Assembly (NCBI GenBank): GCA_963707635.1
Contig: OY970173.1
Coordinates: 2,048,001 to 2,112,000 of the forward strand
Reading direction: 5' to 3'
Length of the DNA: 64,000 nt
Source: Candidatus Latescibacterota bacterium
Lineage (GTDB): Bacteria; Krumholzibacteriota; Krumholzibacteriia; WVZY01; JAKEHA01
Part shown: piece after piece, positions 9,965-19,195 of the stretch
How the letters are laid out: the number at the start of each line of letters is the position of its first letter
Numbering within the stretch: the first letter of the stretch is position 1
Notes under the pieces: generated by a model
Told to the model about the DNA's origin: nothing
The model's input: only the letters and a program-made list of their open reading frames with translations
Databases searched by the model: none
Made by a program: the position numbers and the translations under genes

Positions 9965-10915
9965 TCAGCGCAGCGCGCTCGAGCCTGCCTGCTGGTACCA
10001 CTGCACGGTGCGCTCGATGCCTTCCTCGAACGGCACCTCGATTTCGTAGCCCAGCTCCCGCCGGATGCGGTCGATCGACGCCATCGAGTGCTTCACGTCG
10101 CCGGGCCGCGGCGGGCCGTATACCGGTTCGAGCTGCGACCCCACGCGCGCACGCAGCGCCCGGTAGAGCTGGTTGAGGGTGTAGCGCCCGCCGCACGCGA
10201 TGTTGTACACACGCGGCCCCGTCAGGTTCGCCTCGCACGCCTGCAGGTTGGCGTTCACCACATTGCTGATATAGGTGAAGTCGCGCGACTGCTCCCCGTC
10301 GCCGTGGATGGTCGGGGGGTGGCCTTCGAGCAGCGCCTTGACGAACAGCGGGATCACGGCGCTGTACTGCGAGTTCGGGTCCTGGCGCGGCCCGAACACG
10401 TTGAAATAGCGGAGCGACACCGTGGTCATGCCGTGGAGCTCCCCGAAGACCCGGCAGTAGTGCTCCGCTGCGAGCTTCGCCACCGCGTACGGGGACTTGG
10501 GATTCGGCGTCATGCTCTCCACCTTGGGCAGTTCCTCGCTGTCCCCGTACACCGACGACGACGACGCGTAGACGACCCGCTTGACTCCGTGCTGCTGCGC
10601 CGCCACCAGCACGTTGAGCGTGCCCTGGACATTGACCTGGTTGTTCGCCGACGGGTCCGTGATGGAGCGGGGCACGGACGCAAGCGCCGCCTGGTGCAGC
10701 ACGAAGTCGACGCCCCGCACCGCGCGGTCGACGATCTCCGCGTCGCGCACGTCGCCGCGCACGAGCTCGATGCGTTCCAGCGCGTGCTGAAGATTCTCCT
10801 CGCGGCCGGTGGCGAAGTTGTCGAGCACGCGCACCGCGTGGCCGCGACGGAGCAGTTCGTCGACGAGGTTGGAGCCGATGAACCCCGCGCCGCCGGTCAC
10901 CAGATACTTGGCCAT
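9965..10915 (-). CDS. UDP-GlcNAc(A) 4-epimerase-like SDR (WbpP/TviC-like)
   Basis: TGGAGFIGS, HQAALASVPRS, ASSSSVYG, SPYAVAK, LRYFNVFGPRQDP. Confidence 0.9.
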   Translation of the reverse strand: MAKYLVTGGAGFIGSNLVDELLRRGHAVRVLDNFATGREENLQHALERIELVRGDVRDAEIVDRAVRGVDFVLHQAALASVPRSITDPSANNQVNVQGTLNVLVAAQQHGVKRVVYASSSSVYGDSEELPKVESMTPNPKSPYAVAKLAAEHYCRVFGELHGMTTVSLRYFNVFGPRQDPNSQYSAVIPLFVKALLEGHPPTIHGDGEQSRDFTYISNVVNANLQACEANLTGPRVYNIACGGRYTLNQLYRALRARVGSQLEPVYGPPRPGDVKHSMASIDRIRRELGYEIEVPFEEGIERTVQWYQQAGSSALR

Positions 10916-10958
10916 TCCCATCCTCTTCCTCGTGGCGCCGCCCGTGGACCCGCCAGAG

Positions 10959-12260
10959 TTACAGGCGGACGATCTTGTCGGACTGGACACCGTTGTAGAT
11001 GTTACGAGTATCGACCACCACCGGCACGTGCGCGAGCAGTGCCTGATAGTCGACGCCCTCGTGGCCGGTGATCACCACCGCGCAGTCGAACGACGACATG
11101 GTCTTGGGCGTGAGCTCGACGGCCGGAACCTCCGCGTGCACGACCTCGGGGTCGTGCGGATCGGCGAAGCGGTCGTGGTAGGCGACCTCGGCGCCGTGCT
11201 TCTTCAACAGGCGCATCACGTCCAGCGACGGCGACTCGCGCACGTCGTCGATATTCGCCTTGTAGGAGACGCCGACCACCAGCACCCGCGAACCGTTGAG
11301 CGCCTTGCGCTGCCGGTTCAACGCTTCCGTCACCCGGTTCACCACGTACTCGGGCATCGAACCGTTGATCTGCCCCGCCAGCTCGATGAAGCGCGCCTCG
11401 AAACCGGCCAGCTTCGCCTTCCACGACAGATAGAACGGGTCGATGGGGATGCAGTGCCCGCCGAGTCCCGGGCCCGGGTAGAACGGCATGAAGCCGAACG
11501 GCTTGGTGGCCGCGGCGCGAATCACTTCCCACACGTCGATGTCCATCTTGTTGCACATCAGCGCGATCTCGTTGACCAACCCGATGTTGACGCTGCGAAA
11601 CGTGTTCTCGAGCAGTTTCACCGTCTCGGCGACTTTCGCCGAGCTGACCGGCACCACCGTCGAAAGCGCGGAGGCGTACAGCGCGGACGCGACTTCGGTG
11701 CACCGCGGGGTAACCCCGCCCACCACCTTGGGAATGTTCTTGGTGTTGAAGCGCGGATTACCCGGGTCGACGCGTTCGGGCGAGAAGGCCAGGAAGAAGT
11801 GCTCCCCCACCCGGAAGTCGTCCTCCGCGAGCATGGGGAGGATCACTTCCTCGGTCGTGCCCGGGTACGTGGTCGATTCCAGCACCACCAGCAGGTCCCG
11901 GTGCTTGTACTTCCGTATCTCCTCGACGGAGGCGACGATGTAGGAAATATCCGGGTCGCGGGTCTTCCGCAGCGGCGTGGGGACGCAGATGTTGACGGTA
12001 TCGCACTGCTTGATCACGGAGAAATCGGTGGTGGCGGACAGGCGGCCCGCCGTCACCACTTCCTTGAGCAGCGCCGACGGAACGTCCTTGATGTAGCTGT
12101 CGCCCTCGTTCACGCGCCGGACTTTCTCCTCTACCACGTCGATGCCGACGGCGGTGAATCCGGCGCGCGCGAGTTCGACCGCGAGCGGCAGGCCGACGTA
12201 GCCGAGGCCGATCACGGCAACGCGCGCGTCGCGCGAGCGAATTCGATCGATCACAGACAT
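10959..12260 (-). CDS. UDP-N-acetyl-D-hexosamine 6-dehydrogenase (WbpA/TviB/WecC family)
   Basis: GLGYVGLP, ICVPTP, ESTTYPGTT, SPERVDPG, KLLENTFR, GGHCIPIDP, YKANIDDVRESP. Confidence 0.93.
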   Translation of the reverse strand: MSVIDRIRSRDARVAVIGLGYVGLPLAVELARAGFTAVGIDVVEEKVRRVNEGDSYIKDVPSALLKEVVTAGRLSATTDFSVIKQCDTVNICVPTPLRKTRDPDISYIVASVEEIRKYKHRDLLVVLESTTYPGTTEEVILPMLAEDDFRVGEHFFLAFSPERVDPGNPRFNTKNIPKVVGGVTPRCTEVASALYASALSTVVPVSSAKVAETVKLLENTFRSVNIGLVNEIALMCNKMDIDVWEVIRAAATKPFGFMPFYPGPGLGGHCIPIDPFYLSWKAKLAGFEARFIELAGQINGSMPEYVVNRVTEALNRQRKALNGSRVLVVGVSYKANIDDVRESPSLDVMRLLKKHGAEVAYHDRFADPHDPEVVHAEVPAVELTPKTMSSFDCAVVITGHEGVDYQALLAHVPVVVDTRNIYNGVQSDKIVRL

Positions 12261-12346
12261 GCAGGGATTCCTTTCACGACCCGGAGGAGCCTAAACGGAC
12301 CGCCGCGCGCGGACAAGGTCTCATTTGGAGCGGAGCCCAACCCCCG

Positions 12347-13384
12347 TCAGGCCATCTCCTCGATCAGGCTCTCGGTGGTCACGACGCTGTTCTTGCCGCC
12401 GCGCTTGGCCTGATACAGGGCCTTGTCGGCGGCGTCGATGATCTCTTTCGCGGTCTGGCCGTCGCGCGGAAACGAGGATATCCCGGCGCTGCATGTGATC
12501 AGGCCGGCGTGCTGGCCGTCGAACTTGTGGGCCTGCACGCCTTCCACCACGCGCTGGGTCACCTTCTCCGCGCCGGCCAGGCGGGTCTGCGGCAACAGGA
12601 CGCCGAACTCGTCGCCGCCATACTTGCTCACGAAGTCGATTTCGCGGGAGCTGGCGCGGATGATGGCGGCGATGTCCTTGAGCACCTGGCTGCCGCTCAA
12701 GTGGCCATGGCGGTCGTTGTAGGCCTTGAGGTTGTCGACGTCCAGCATCACGAACGAGAACGACTGGCGAAAACGCCGCGCGCGCTTGATCTCGCCCTCG
12801 AGCGACGACATCAGGAAACGATAGTTGTAGACCCCGGTCAACCCGTCGGTGACGGCCTCCATCTCGAGTTTCTGGTACAGCGTGGCGTTCTCCACCGCGA
12901 TCGCCGCCTGGTTCGCCAGCAAGGTGAGCAGCTGCACGTCGTCGGTGGAGTACATGGCGCCGTCGCGGTGGATGGCGATCAACAGGCCGAACATGGACTT
13001 CTTGGCGACGAGCGGGGCGCTGATGATCACGCGGTTGGTGCCTTCGTCGCCGAGCGAGCGTGCGAGCATGGGGACGTCCACCCCGAGCTCGCGGCCACGC
13101 TGCATCGGATCCGCGTCGGTTTCCTTGATCATCCACCCCACCAGACCCGCGCTCTCGTCGACGGTTTCGACCTTGGGCTCGGGTCCGGAGCGGTCGCGGG
13201 TGTAGCGCACGATGTGGCCATCCTCGACCTCGAGCAGATGGATCTTGTCCGCGTCGAGGACGCGAATTGCGCAGTCGAGCACCTTGCGGAAGATCAGGTG
13301 CCGGTCATGGCCGGCGACGATCAGGCTCGTAATCTCGGAGAGGGTCGAGAACAGGACGTCACGATTTCTTATAATCTTCTTCAT
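12347..13384 (-). CDS. GAF-sensor diguanylate cyclase
   Basis: GAF (LANQAAIAVEN), DGLTGVYN, intact GGDEF and RxxD I-site (REIDFVSKYGGDEF). Confidence 0.92.
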   Translation of the reverse strand: MKKIIRNRDVLFSTLSEITSLIVAGHDRHLIFRKVLDCAIRVLDADKIHLLEVEDGHIVRYTRDRSGPEPKVETVDESAGLVGWMIKETDADPMQRGRELGVDVPMLARSLGDEGTNRVIISAPLVAKKSMFGLLIAIHRDGAMYSTDDVQLLTLLANQAAIAVENATLYQKLEMEAVTDGLTGVYNYRFLMSSLEGEIKRARRFRQSFSFVMLDVDNLKAYNDRHGHLSGSQVLKDIAAIIRASSREIDFVSKYGGDEFGVLLPQTRLAGAEKVTQRVVEGVQAHKFDGQHAGLITCSAGISSFPRDGQTAKEIIDAADKALYQAKRGGKNSVVTTESLIEEMA

Positions 13385-13456
13385 GCCAACGTCTTACGAT
13401 TTAGTAGTGACAAGATACATTGGTGGCGGCACCCGGACAACCGTTCTGTTCGAGGC

Positions 13457-13472
13457 AGCAAGTCGCATGCCA
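13457..13472 (-). promoter_or_regulatory. sigma54 (-24/-12) promoter candidate
   Basis: Minus strand TGGCATGCGACTTGCT, near-perfect TGGCAC-N5-TTGCW, about 70 nt upstream of the GGDEF ATG. Confidence 0.75.
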
Positions 13473-13524
13473 CCCGCTCTGCTTAACTTGAAGTAAACGC
13501 GCTCGTTAGGTGAGGGTGGGCGGT

Positions 13525-13857
13525 TCACGCCTGCGGGTCGTCCGCCCGGGGGTCGGCGTCGGGCGGCGCGTGCGACTCCTGGCGGGCGGCGCGAACGCTG
13601 CCGATCCCCAGGCGCAGCGCCGCCGCCGCGGCCGCCAGGAACATCACCGGAAGCGCGAGACGAAGCGACGGCGAAACATTCGGGGCGTAGACGCGGAGCA
13701 GGTTAAAGGTCTCTCCGGCGGCGACGGCCAGGGCGACGGCCAGGGCGATCCTCACCACGGCGGTGGCGTAGTGGGCGATCACACGCTCCCGCCGGAGCGC
13801 CGGCGAGCGGTAGTCGGGTTCGCGGGAGCCGCGGCGGCGTCGGGGCTGGATGAACAC
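13525..13857 (-). CDS. Small hypothetical membrane protein (2 TM)
   Basis: 110-aa ORF with two hydrophobic segments, tightly packed behind the upstream ORF. Confidence 0.5.
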   Translation of the reverse strand: MFIQPRRRRGSREPDYRSPALRRERVIAHYATAVVRIALAVALAVAAGETFNLLRVYAPNVSPSLRLALPVMFLAAAAAALRLGIGSVRAARQESHAPPDADPRADDPQA

Positions 13858-13859
13858 GG

Positions 13860-14066
13860 CTAGCGACCGTTGCCCGGGAGGTCTTCGTACTCGGCGTCCT
13901 CGATCGCGTAGGGGGAGAGGGGGTCCTCCGCGCGCGAATTCGCCCTATCGAGCGGCTCCCGTGGGGGAAATGGCGGGGGTGGAGCGGGGTCGGGCCTCGG
14001 GCTCGCACCGGCCAGACGGCGCGCCGCCCACACCGCGAAGACGATTCCCAAAAGCCAGCGAAGCAC
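13860..14066 (-). CDS. Small hypothetical protein (N-terminal TM, Pro-rich linker, IEDAEYE tail)
   Basis: 68-aa ORF; TM followed by an acidic 'IEDAEYEDL' ending. Confidence 0.55.
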   Translation of the reverse strand: MLRWLLGIVFAVWAARRLAGASPRPDPAPPPPFPPREPLDRANSRAEDPLSPYAIEDAEYEDLPGNGR

Positions 14067-14086
14067 GTTGTGTTCCCGGAAAATGA

Positions 14087-14163
14087 TGGTACGCCCGGCA
14101 GGATTCGAACCTGCGACCCCTAGCTCCGGAGGCTAGTGCTCTATCCAGCTGAGCTACGGGCGC
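14087..14163 (-). tRNA. tRNA-Arg (CCG)
   Basis: GCGCCCG...CTAGC-CT-CCG-GA-GCTAG...GGTTCGAATCC...CGGGCGT-A-CCA, 77 nt. Confidence 0.97.
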
Positions 14164-15881
14164 ACCCGGGTCCCTGATTGACTGGACCTCTGTCCGCCCA
14201 GCATCTCGGAGGCAAGCGCGAGACGGCGCTCGCTTCCCTCTTCGCCGCCGAGCATCCGGGCGATCTCGCGCGTCCGCTCGACGTCGGTGACGGAGCGCAC
14301 GCGCACTCGCGTTCGGTTGCCGTCGGTTTCCTTGAGTACGACGAGGTGGGTCGCGCCGCGCGCGGCGATTTGCGGCATGTGCGTGATACAGACTATTTGA
14401 TGCCGCGAAGCCAGCGCAAGCAGATTCTCGGCGAGCGCGTCGCCGAGGTCCGCGCCGACGCCGGCGTCGATCTCGTCGAGGATGAGCGTGGTGCCGGCCG
14501 GACCGACGCCCGCCGACAACTGCTTGAGGGCGAGTGCCACCCGCGAGAGTTCCCCGGTCGAGGCAATGGTCTCGAGCGCTCCCTCGGACTCCCCCGGGTT
14601 GGTGCGGATGCGCAGGCGAACGAGGTCGATGCCGTTCTCGAACACCGCCACCGGCTGGCCGCCGACGCGGACGTCGCTCGCCGAATCGGGCGCGCGCGCC
14701 ACGTCGACGCGGAGCACGGTTCCGCGCATGCCCAGCTCCTGGAGCGTCGCGCTCACGCGCTCGCCCAGCGTCACGCTCGCGCGACCCCGCGCGTCGGACA
14801 GAGCCGCCCCGTGCTCGGCGACCGCGGTCGCGTGCGCGGCCACGATTTGCTCCCGCTCGCGCCGCGCCGCGCTCGCGTCCTCGAGCCCGTCGAGCGCGCG
14901 CCGCCACGCGTCCTGGTCCGCGACGATGGCATCGATGGTCGACTGGTAGCGTCGTTCCAGCCGCGCGAGGATATCGAGGCGCTCCTGCACCCGCTCCACA
15001 TCGGCGGGCTCGAACTCGAGCGCCTCGAGCATCGACCGCGCTTCGAGCGCCGCCCCGGCCACCAGCGCCGCCGCCTGCGCCACCGCCTCGTCGATCTTCT
15101 CCACCCGCGGATCGAGACGCGCGATCGCCGCCAGGCGCGTGCGGGCGCGGTCGATGAGCGCGGCGGCGGACGCGTCATCGTCGTAGAGCACCGCGCACGC
15201 GTCCGTGAGCGCGGCGTGGAACTTCTCCGCGTTCGCCATCAGTCGCGCGCTCGCCTCCAACTCGTCTTTCTCGCCGCGCCGCGGCGCGATGCGATCGATT
15301 TCCTCGAGACGGTGGAGATAGAGCTCGCGCTTCTCGCGCACCCGGGCCAGCTCCGCGTCGAAGCGGTCCAGTTCGGCGCGCGCGGCGCGCAGGCCGGCGA
15401 GCGCACCGGCGTACGCGTGACGAAGCGGCGCGTGGGCGGCGAAGGCGTCGAGGTACTCGACGTGGCTCTCGGGGTCGCGCAGACGCATCTGCTCGTTCTG
15501 TCCGTGCGGCTCGAGCAGCGATGCACACACGGTGCGCAGGTCCTTCACGGTCACCGCGCGGCCGTCGATGGCGGCGTGGGAGCGCCCGGCGCGCGATATG
15601 CGGCGGGCGAGGGTGACGGAGTCGCCGGTGGCGGCGAGCCCCGGCCACCCGTCCCGGCGCTCACGCGCGACACCGGTGAAGGTCGCTTCGACGAGCGCGT
15701 CGTCGGCTCCCCGGCGGATCAGGTCGGGGGCGGCTCGCTCGCCCATGAGGAGATTGACGGCGCCCAGGATCAGGGATTTCCCCGCGCCGGTCGACCCGGT
15801 GAGCACGTTCAAGCCGGGTGCGAAGTCGAGTACCACGCTCTCGACCACCGCGAGATTGTCGATGCGCAGGCGCGCCAGCAT
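14154..15881 (-). CDS. recN: DNA repair protein RecN
   Basis: LTGSTGAGKS, HGQNEQ, ASTGELSR, ILDEIDAGVG, CITHMPQIAA, EIARMLGG. Confidence 0.95.
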   Translation of the reverse strand: MLARLRIDNLAVVESVVLDFAPGLNVLTGSTGAGKSLILGAVNLLMGERAAPDLIRRGADDALVEATFTGVARERRDGWPGLAATGDSVTLARRISRAGRSHAAIDGRAVTVKDLRTVCASLLEPHGQNEQMRLRDPESHVEYLDAFAAHAPLRHAYAGALAGLRAARAELDRFDAELARVREKRELYLHRLEEIDRIAPRRGEKDELEASARLMANAEKFHAALTDACAVLYDDDASAAALIDRARTRLAAIARLDPRVEKIDEAVAQAAALVAGAALEARSMLEALEFEPADVERVQERLDILARLERRYQSTIDAIVADQDAWRRALDGLEDASAARREREQIVAAHATAVAEHGAALSDARGRASVTLGERVSATLQELGMRGTVLRVDVARAPDSASDVRVGGQPVAVFENGIDLVRLRIRTNPGESEGALETIASTGELSRVALALKQLSAGVGPAGTTLILDEIDAGVGADLGDALAENLLALASRHQIVCITHMPQIAARGATHLVVLKETDGNRTRVRVRSVTDVERTREIARMLGGEEGSERRLALASEMLGGQRSSQSGTRVRP

Positions 15882-15939
15882 GCGCGCATTGTAGTGCGTC
15901 CGCAGGGGCGGCGGTAGCTGGAACTTGGCGCGGGCCGCG

Positions 15940-16803
15940 CTAGAGCTTCTCGCGCAGGAGGGCGAAGAAGTCGTAGTCGCCGGCGACGATCAGGCGCGTG
16001 GCGCGCGGATCCTTGACGACTTCGACGTGCTGGCCGGGCGGGATTTCCATCCCCTCCTGTCCGTCGACCGTGAGCATCACGCCCGACGGCGCGGCAATCA
16101 CCCGCACGGCGACGGTCTCGGCCTCGTCGAGGACCATCGGCCGCATGCTCATCGTGTGCGGGTTGAGCGGGGTCAGGATGATGCCCGCGAGGGTGGGCTC
16201 CACGATGGGTCCGCCGGCGGAGAGCGAGTACGCGGTCGAGCCGGTCGGCGTGGCGACGATCAGCCCATCGGCCGAGAACTCGCGCAGCAGTTTTCCTCCG
16301 ATCTCGACGCGCAGCCCGACCATGCGCGAATACCCGGTGCTGTGGATGACGAGGTCGTTGAGCGCGCTGAAGGAACGCGTCGGCCCCGCCCCGCCCCGCA
16401 CCACGCCCCGCACCCGCATGCGCACCTGCACGTCGAAATCACCCTGGCTCAAGAGCGCCACGACGCGCGCCGGGTCGGACTCGGCCAAGAACCCGAGGCG
16501 GCCCCCCTTGACGCCGACGATGGCAATGTCGCGGTCGGCGTAGCGCCGCGCGTACTTGAGGATGGTGCCGTCGCCGCCGATCGCTACGATGGCGTCGCAG
16601 CGCTCGGGGATGCCGAGACGGGCCGGCGGCAACGCGGACGCCTCGTCCGCGAGGTCGTCGTCGAGGTAGACGTCGAGTCCGCGGGCGGCAAGGGCGGCGA
16701 CCAGGTCGTGGAGGATCGCGCGCACCGGTTCCTTGGCGAGGTTGGCGGCGACGCCGACGCGCGTCACCCTGCGCGAGGTCATCGTCGGGGCGTCCGGCTT
16801 CAC
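15940..16803 (-). CDS. nadK: NAD(+) kinase
   Basis: GGDGTIL, GRLGFL, ALND, DGLIVATPTGSTAYSLSAGGP. Confidence 0.95.
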   Translation of the reverse strand: MKPDAPTMTSRRVTRVGVAANLAKEPVRAILHDLVAALAARGLDVYLDDDLADEASALPPARLGIPERCDAIVAIGGDGTILKYARRYADRDIAIVGVKGGRLGFLAESDPARVVALLSQGDFDVQVRMRVRGVVRGGAGPTRSFSALNDLVIHSTGYSRMVGLRVEIGGKLLREFSADGLIVATPTGSTAYSLSAGGPIVEPTLAGIILTPLNPHTMSMRPMVLDEAETVAVRVIAAPSGVMLTVDGQEGMEIPPGQHVEVVKDPRATRLIVAGDYDFFALLREKL

Positions 16804-16816
16804 GTGCTGCCCCGCG

Positions 16817-18751
16817 TCACGACGCGATCGACCGCGTCGCGCGGCGCCGCTGTGCCACCAGGTCGCCGGCGACGCCGGCGATGGCCTCGGCCGAGAGCCC
16901 CAGCTCGGCGAGCAGCTCGTCGCGCTCGCCGTGTTCGATGAAGCGGTCCGGCAACCCGAGGTTGTGGATTGCGATCGGGTCGAATCCGCCGGCGATCAGG
17001 TGTTCGTTCACGGCGGACCCGAAGCCCCCCGCGAGCACGCCGTCCTCGACGGTGACGATCAAAGCGTCGCTCGCGGCGATGCGGTCCAGCACCTCGGTGT
17101 CGAGCGGCTTGACGAAACGCGCGTTGACGACGCCCGCCGCGATTCCCCTCGCGCGCAGCAGCTCGGCGGCCTGCACGCTGGGGCGGACCATCGCGCCGAG
17201 GGCGACGAAGACGACGTCGCGCCCCTCGGAGAGGACCTCCGCCTTCCCGATCGGGAGGGCGCGCAGTTCCGCGTCCATCGGCACCCCCAATCCCTCGCCG
17301 CGCGGGAAACGCAGCGCGATCGGCCCCTGGTCGTAGTCGACGATCGTCTTCACCATGTGGCGCAGCTCGTTCTCATCCTTCGGCGCCATGACGACGAAGT
17401 TGGGGATCATGCGCAGGTAGCTCAGGTCGAACACGCCGTGGTGGGTCGGGCCGTCTTCGCCGACCAGGCCGCCGCGATCGAGCACGAAGCGCACGGGCAG
17501 GTTCTGGATCGCGACGTCGTGGATCACCTGGTCGAACGCGCGCTGGAGGAACGTCGAGTAGATGGTGACCAGCGGCACCATGCCGCGCGTCGCGAGCCCC
17601 GCCGCGAACGTCACCCCGTGCTGCTCGGCAATGCCGACGTCGAACATGCGCTCCGGCAGCACGCGGGCGAACTCGGTGAGTCCGGTGTTGTCCGGCATGG
17701 CGGCGGTGATGGCGACCACGCGCGGGTCGTTCTTCGCGAGCTCGAGCGCCGTCTTCCCGTAGACGCTGGTGAACGACGGCGCGCCCTTGCGCGCGGGAAC
17801 GTCGCCCGGCACCTTGTCGTAGCGCGAGACGCCGTGCGCGCAGAAGGGGTCGTTCTCGGTGAAGTGGTACCCTTTCCCCTTCTGGGTGATCGCGTGCACC
17901 AGGATGGGGCCGCCCAGCTCCTTAATGTGCTCGAACGTCTGGACCAGGAACTCGACGTTGTGTCCGTCGATCGGGCCGAAGTAGCGGAACCCGAGCTCCT
18001 CGAACACCACGCCGGGGACCACCAGGGTCTTGATGCTCTCCTTGATCTTGCGCGCGATGCGCCGCGCCTTCCCGCCCCCGCGCGGGAGGTGTCCCAGCAG
18101 CTCCCAGACGTCGCTCTGGAAGTGGTTGTAGAGCGTCCCCGAGGTGATCTTGGTCAGGTACTTGTGGAGCGCGCCGACGTTCTTCGAGATCGACATCTTG
18201 TTGTCGTTCAGGACGACGATCAAGTCCTTCTTGAGGACGCCGGCGTTGTTGAGCGCCTCGAAGGCCATCCCGCCGGTGAGCGCGCCGTCGCCCACGATCG
18301 CCACCACCTTGAAGTTCTCGTGTTTCAGGTCGCGCGCGACCGCCATGCCCAGCGCGGCGCTGATCGCCGTGCTCGCGTGCGCCACGCCGAAGGTGTCATA
18401 CTCGCTCTCGTCGCGTTTGGGGAACCCGCTGAGCCCGTGGCGTTGGCGCAGGGTCTCGAAGCGGTCGCGGCGGCCGGTGATGATCTTGTGACCGTAGGCC
18501 TGGTGGCCCACGTCCCAGACCAGCTGGTCGCGCGGCGCGTCGAAGACATAGTGCAGCGCCAGGGTCAATTCGACCGCGCCGAGGCTGGCGCCGAGATGGC
18601 CGCCGGTCCTGGCGACCTTGGCCAGGATCTCGTCGCGCAGTTCCCGCGCGATTTCCGGCAGGTCGCCGGCGGGAAACGACTTGAGGTCGGCGGGCACGCG
18701 GATCCGATCCAGCTTGCGCTCGCCCGCGGAAACTCTGCCGTCGTGGTTCAT
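16817..18751 (-). CDS. dxs: 1-deoxy-D-xylulose-5-phosphate synthase
   Basis: GGHLGASLG, WDVGHQAY, GDGALTGGMAFEALN, GIAEQH, DGPTHHG. ATG at 18751 in an ATGA overlap. Confidence 0.96.
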   Translation of the reverse strand: MNHDGRVSAGERKLDRIRVPADLKSFPAGDLPEIARELRDEILAKVARTGGHLGASLGAVELTLALHYVFDAPRDQLVWDVGHQAYGHKIITGRRDRFETLRQRHGLSGFPKRDESEYDTFGVAHASTAISAALGMAVARDLKHENFKVVAIVGDGALTGGMAFEALNNAGVLKKDLIVVLNDNKMSISKNVGALHKYLTKITSGTLYNHFQSDVWELLGHLPRGGGKARRIARKIKESIKTLVVPGVVFEELGFRYFGPIDGHNVEFLVQTFEHIKELGGPILVHAITQKGKGYHFTENDPFCAHGVSRYDKVPGDVPARKGAPSFTSVYGKTALELAKNDPRVVAITAAMPDNTGLTEFARVLPERMFDVGIAEQHGVTFAAGLATRGMVPLVTIYSTFLQRAFDQVIHDVAIQNLPVRFVLDRGGLVGEDGPTHHGVFDLSYLRMIPNFVVMAPKDENELRHMVKTIVDYDQGPIALRFPRGEGLGVPMDAELRALPIGKAEVLSEGRDVVFVALGAMVRPSVQAAELLRARGIAAGVVNARFVKPLDTEVLDRIAASDALIVTVEDGVLAGGFGSAVNEHLIAGGFDPIAIHNLGLPDRFIEHGERDELLAELGLSAEAIAGVAGDLVAQRRRATRSIAS

Positions 18752-19182
18752 CGGGTCAGTAGCGCGGCGGCGACGCCGAGCACGGTGCCGGTCAGTACAT
18801 CGAGGACGCTGTAAGACAACGGTCGCCTTTCCGCCAGCGGGTGGTGCGGGCGCAACCGGATCAGGATCAAGTCCACCACCTCGGCCTGGTGCGAGGCGGC
18901 CCGCTTCACGTTCCACATGTCGACGGTGACGAGGGCGGTGAAGCAGGTCACGACCGCGAAGTCGATCGACCCGAATCCGGTTTCCTGGCCGATCGCCACC
19001 GACAGTCCCGCGAACGCCGCGGCGTGCATATTGGGCGCGCCGTCGGTCTCCACCAGCCGGCGAAAGTTTATCTGCTTTTCCAGCCAGAAGAAAGAGACGA
19101 GTTTGAGGGCCTGCGCCGTCGCGCCGGCGAGCACCCCCACCCACAGCGGGCGCGTGGCTCCAAGAATCTCCAGGTCGATCAT
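18748..19182 (-). CDS. Divergent PAP2 family protein (DUF212), degenerate
   Basis: AQALK...DGAPNMH...ASHQA...DVLTG layout and conserved position between ispA and dxs. Confidence 0.75.
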   Translation of the reverse strand: MIDLEILGATRPLWVGVLAGATAQALKLVSFFWLEKQINFRRLVETDGAPNMHAAAFAGLSVAIGQETGFGSIDFAVVTCFTALVTVDMWNVKRAASHQAEVVDLILIRLRPHHPLAERRPLSYSVLDVLTGTVLGVAAALLTR

Positions 19183-19195
19183 GCCGCGTCTTCCT

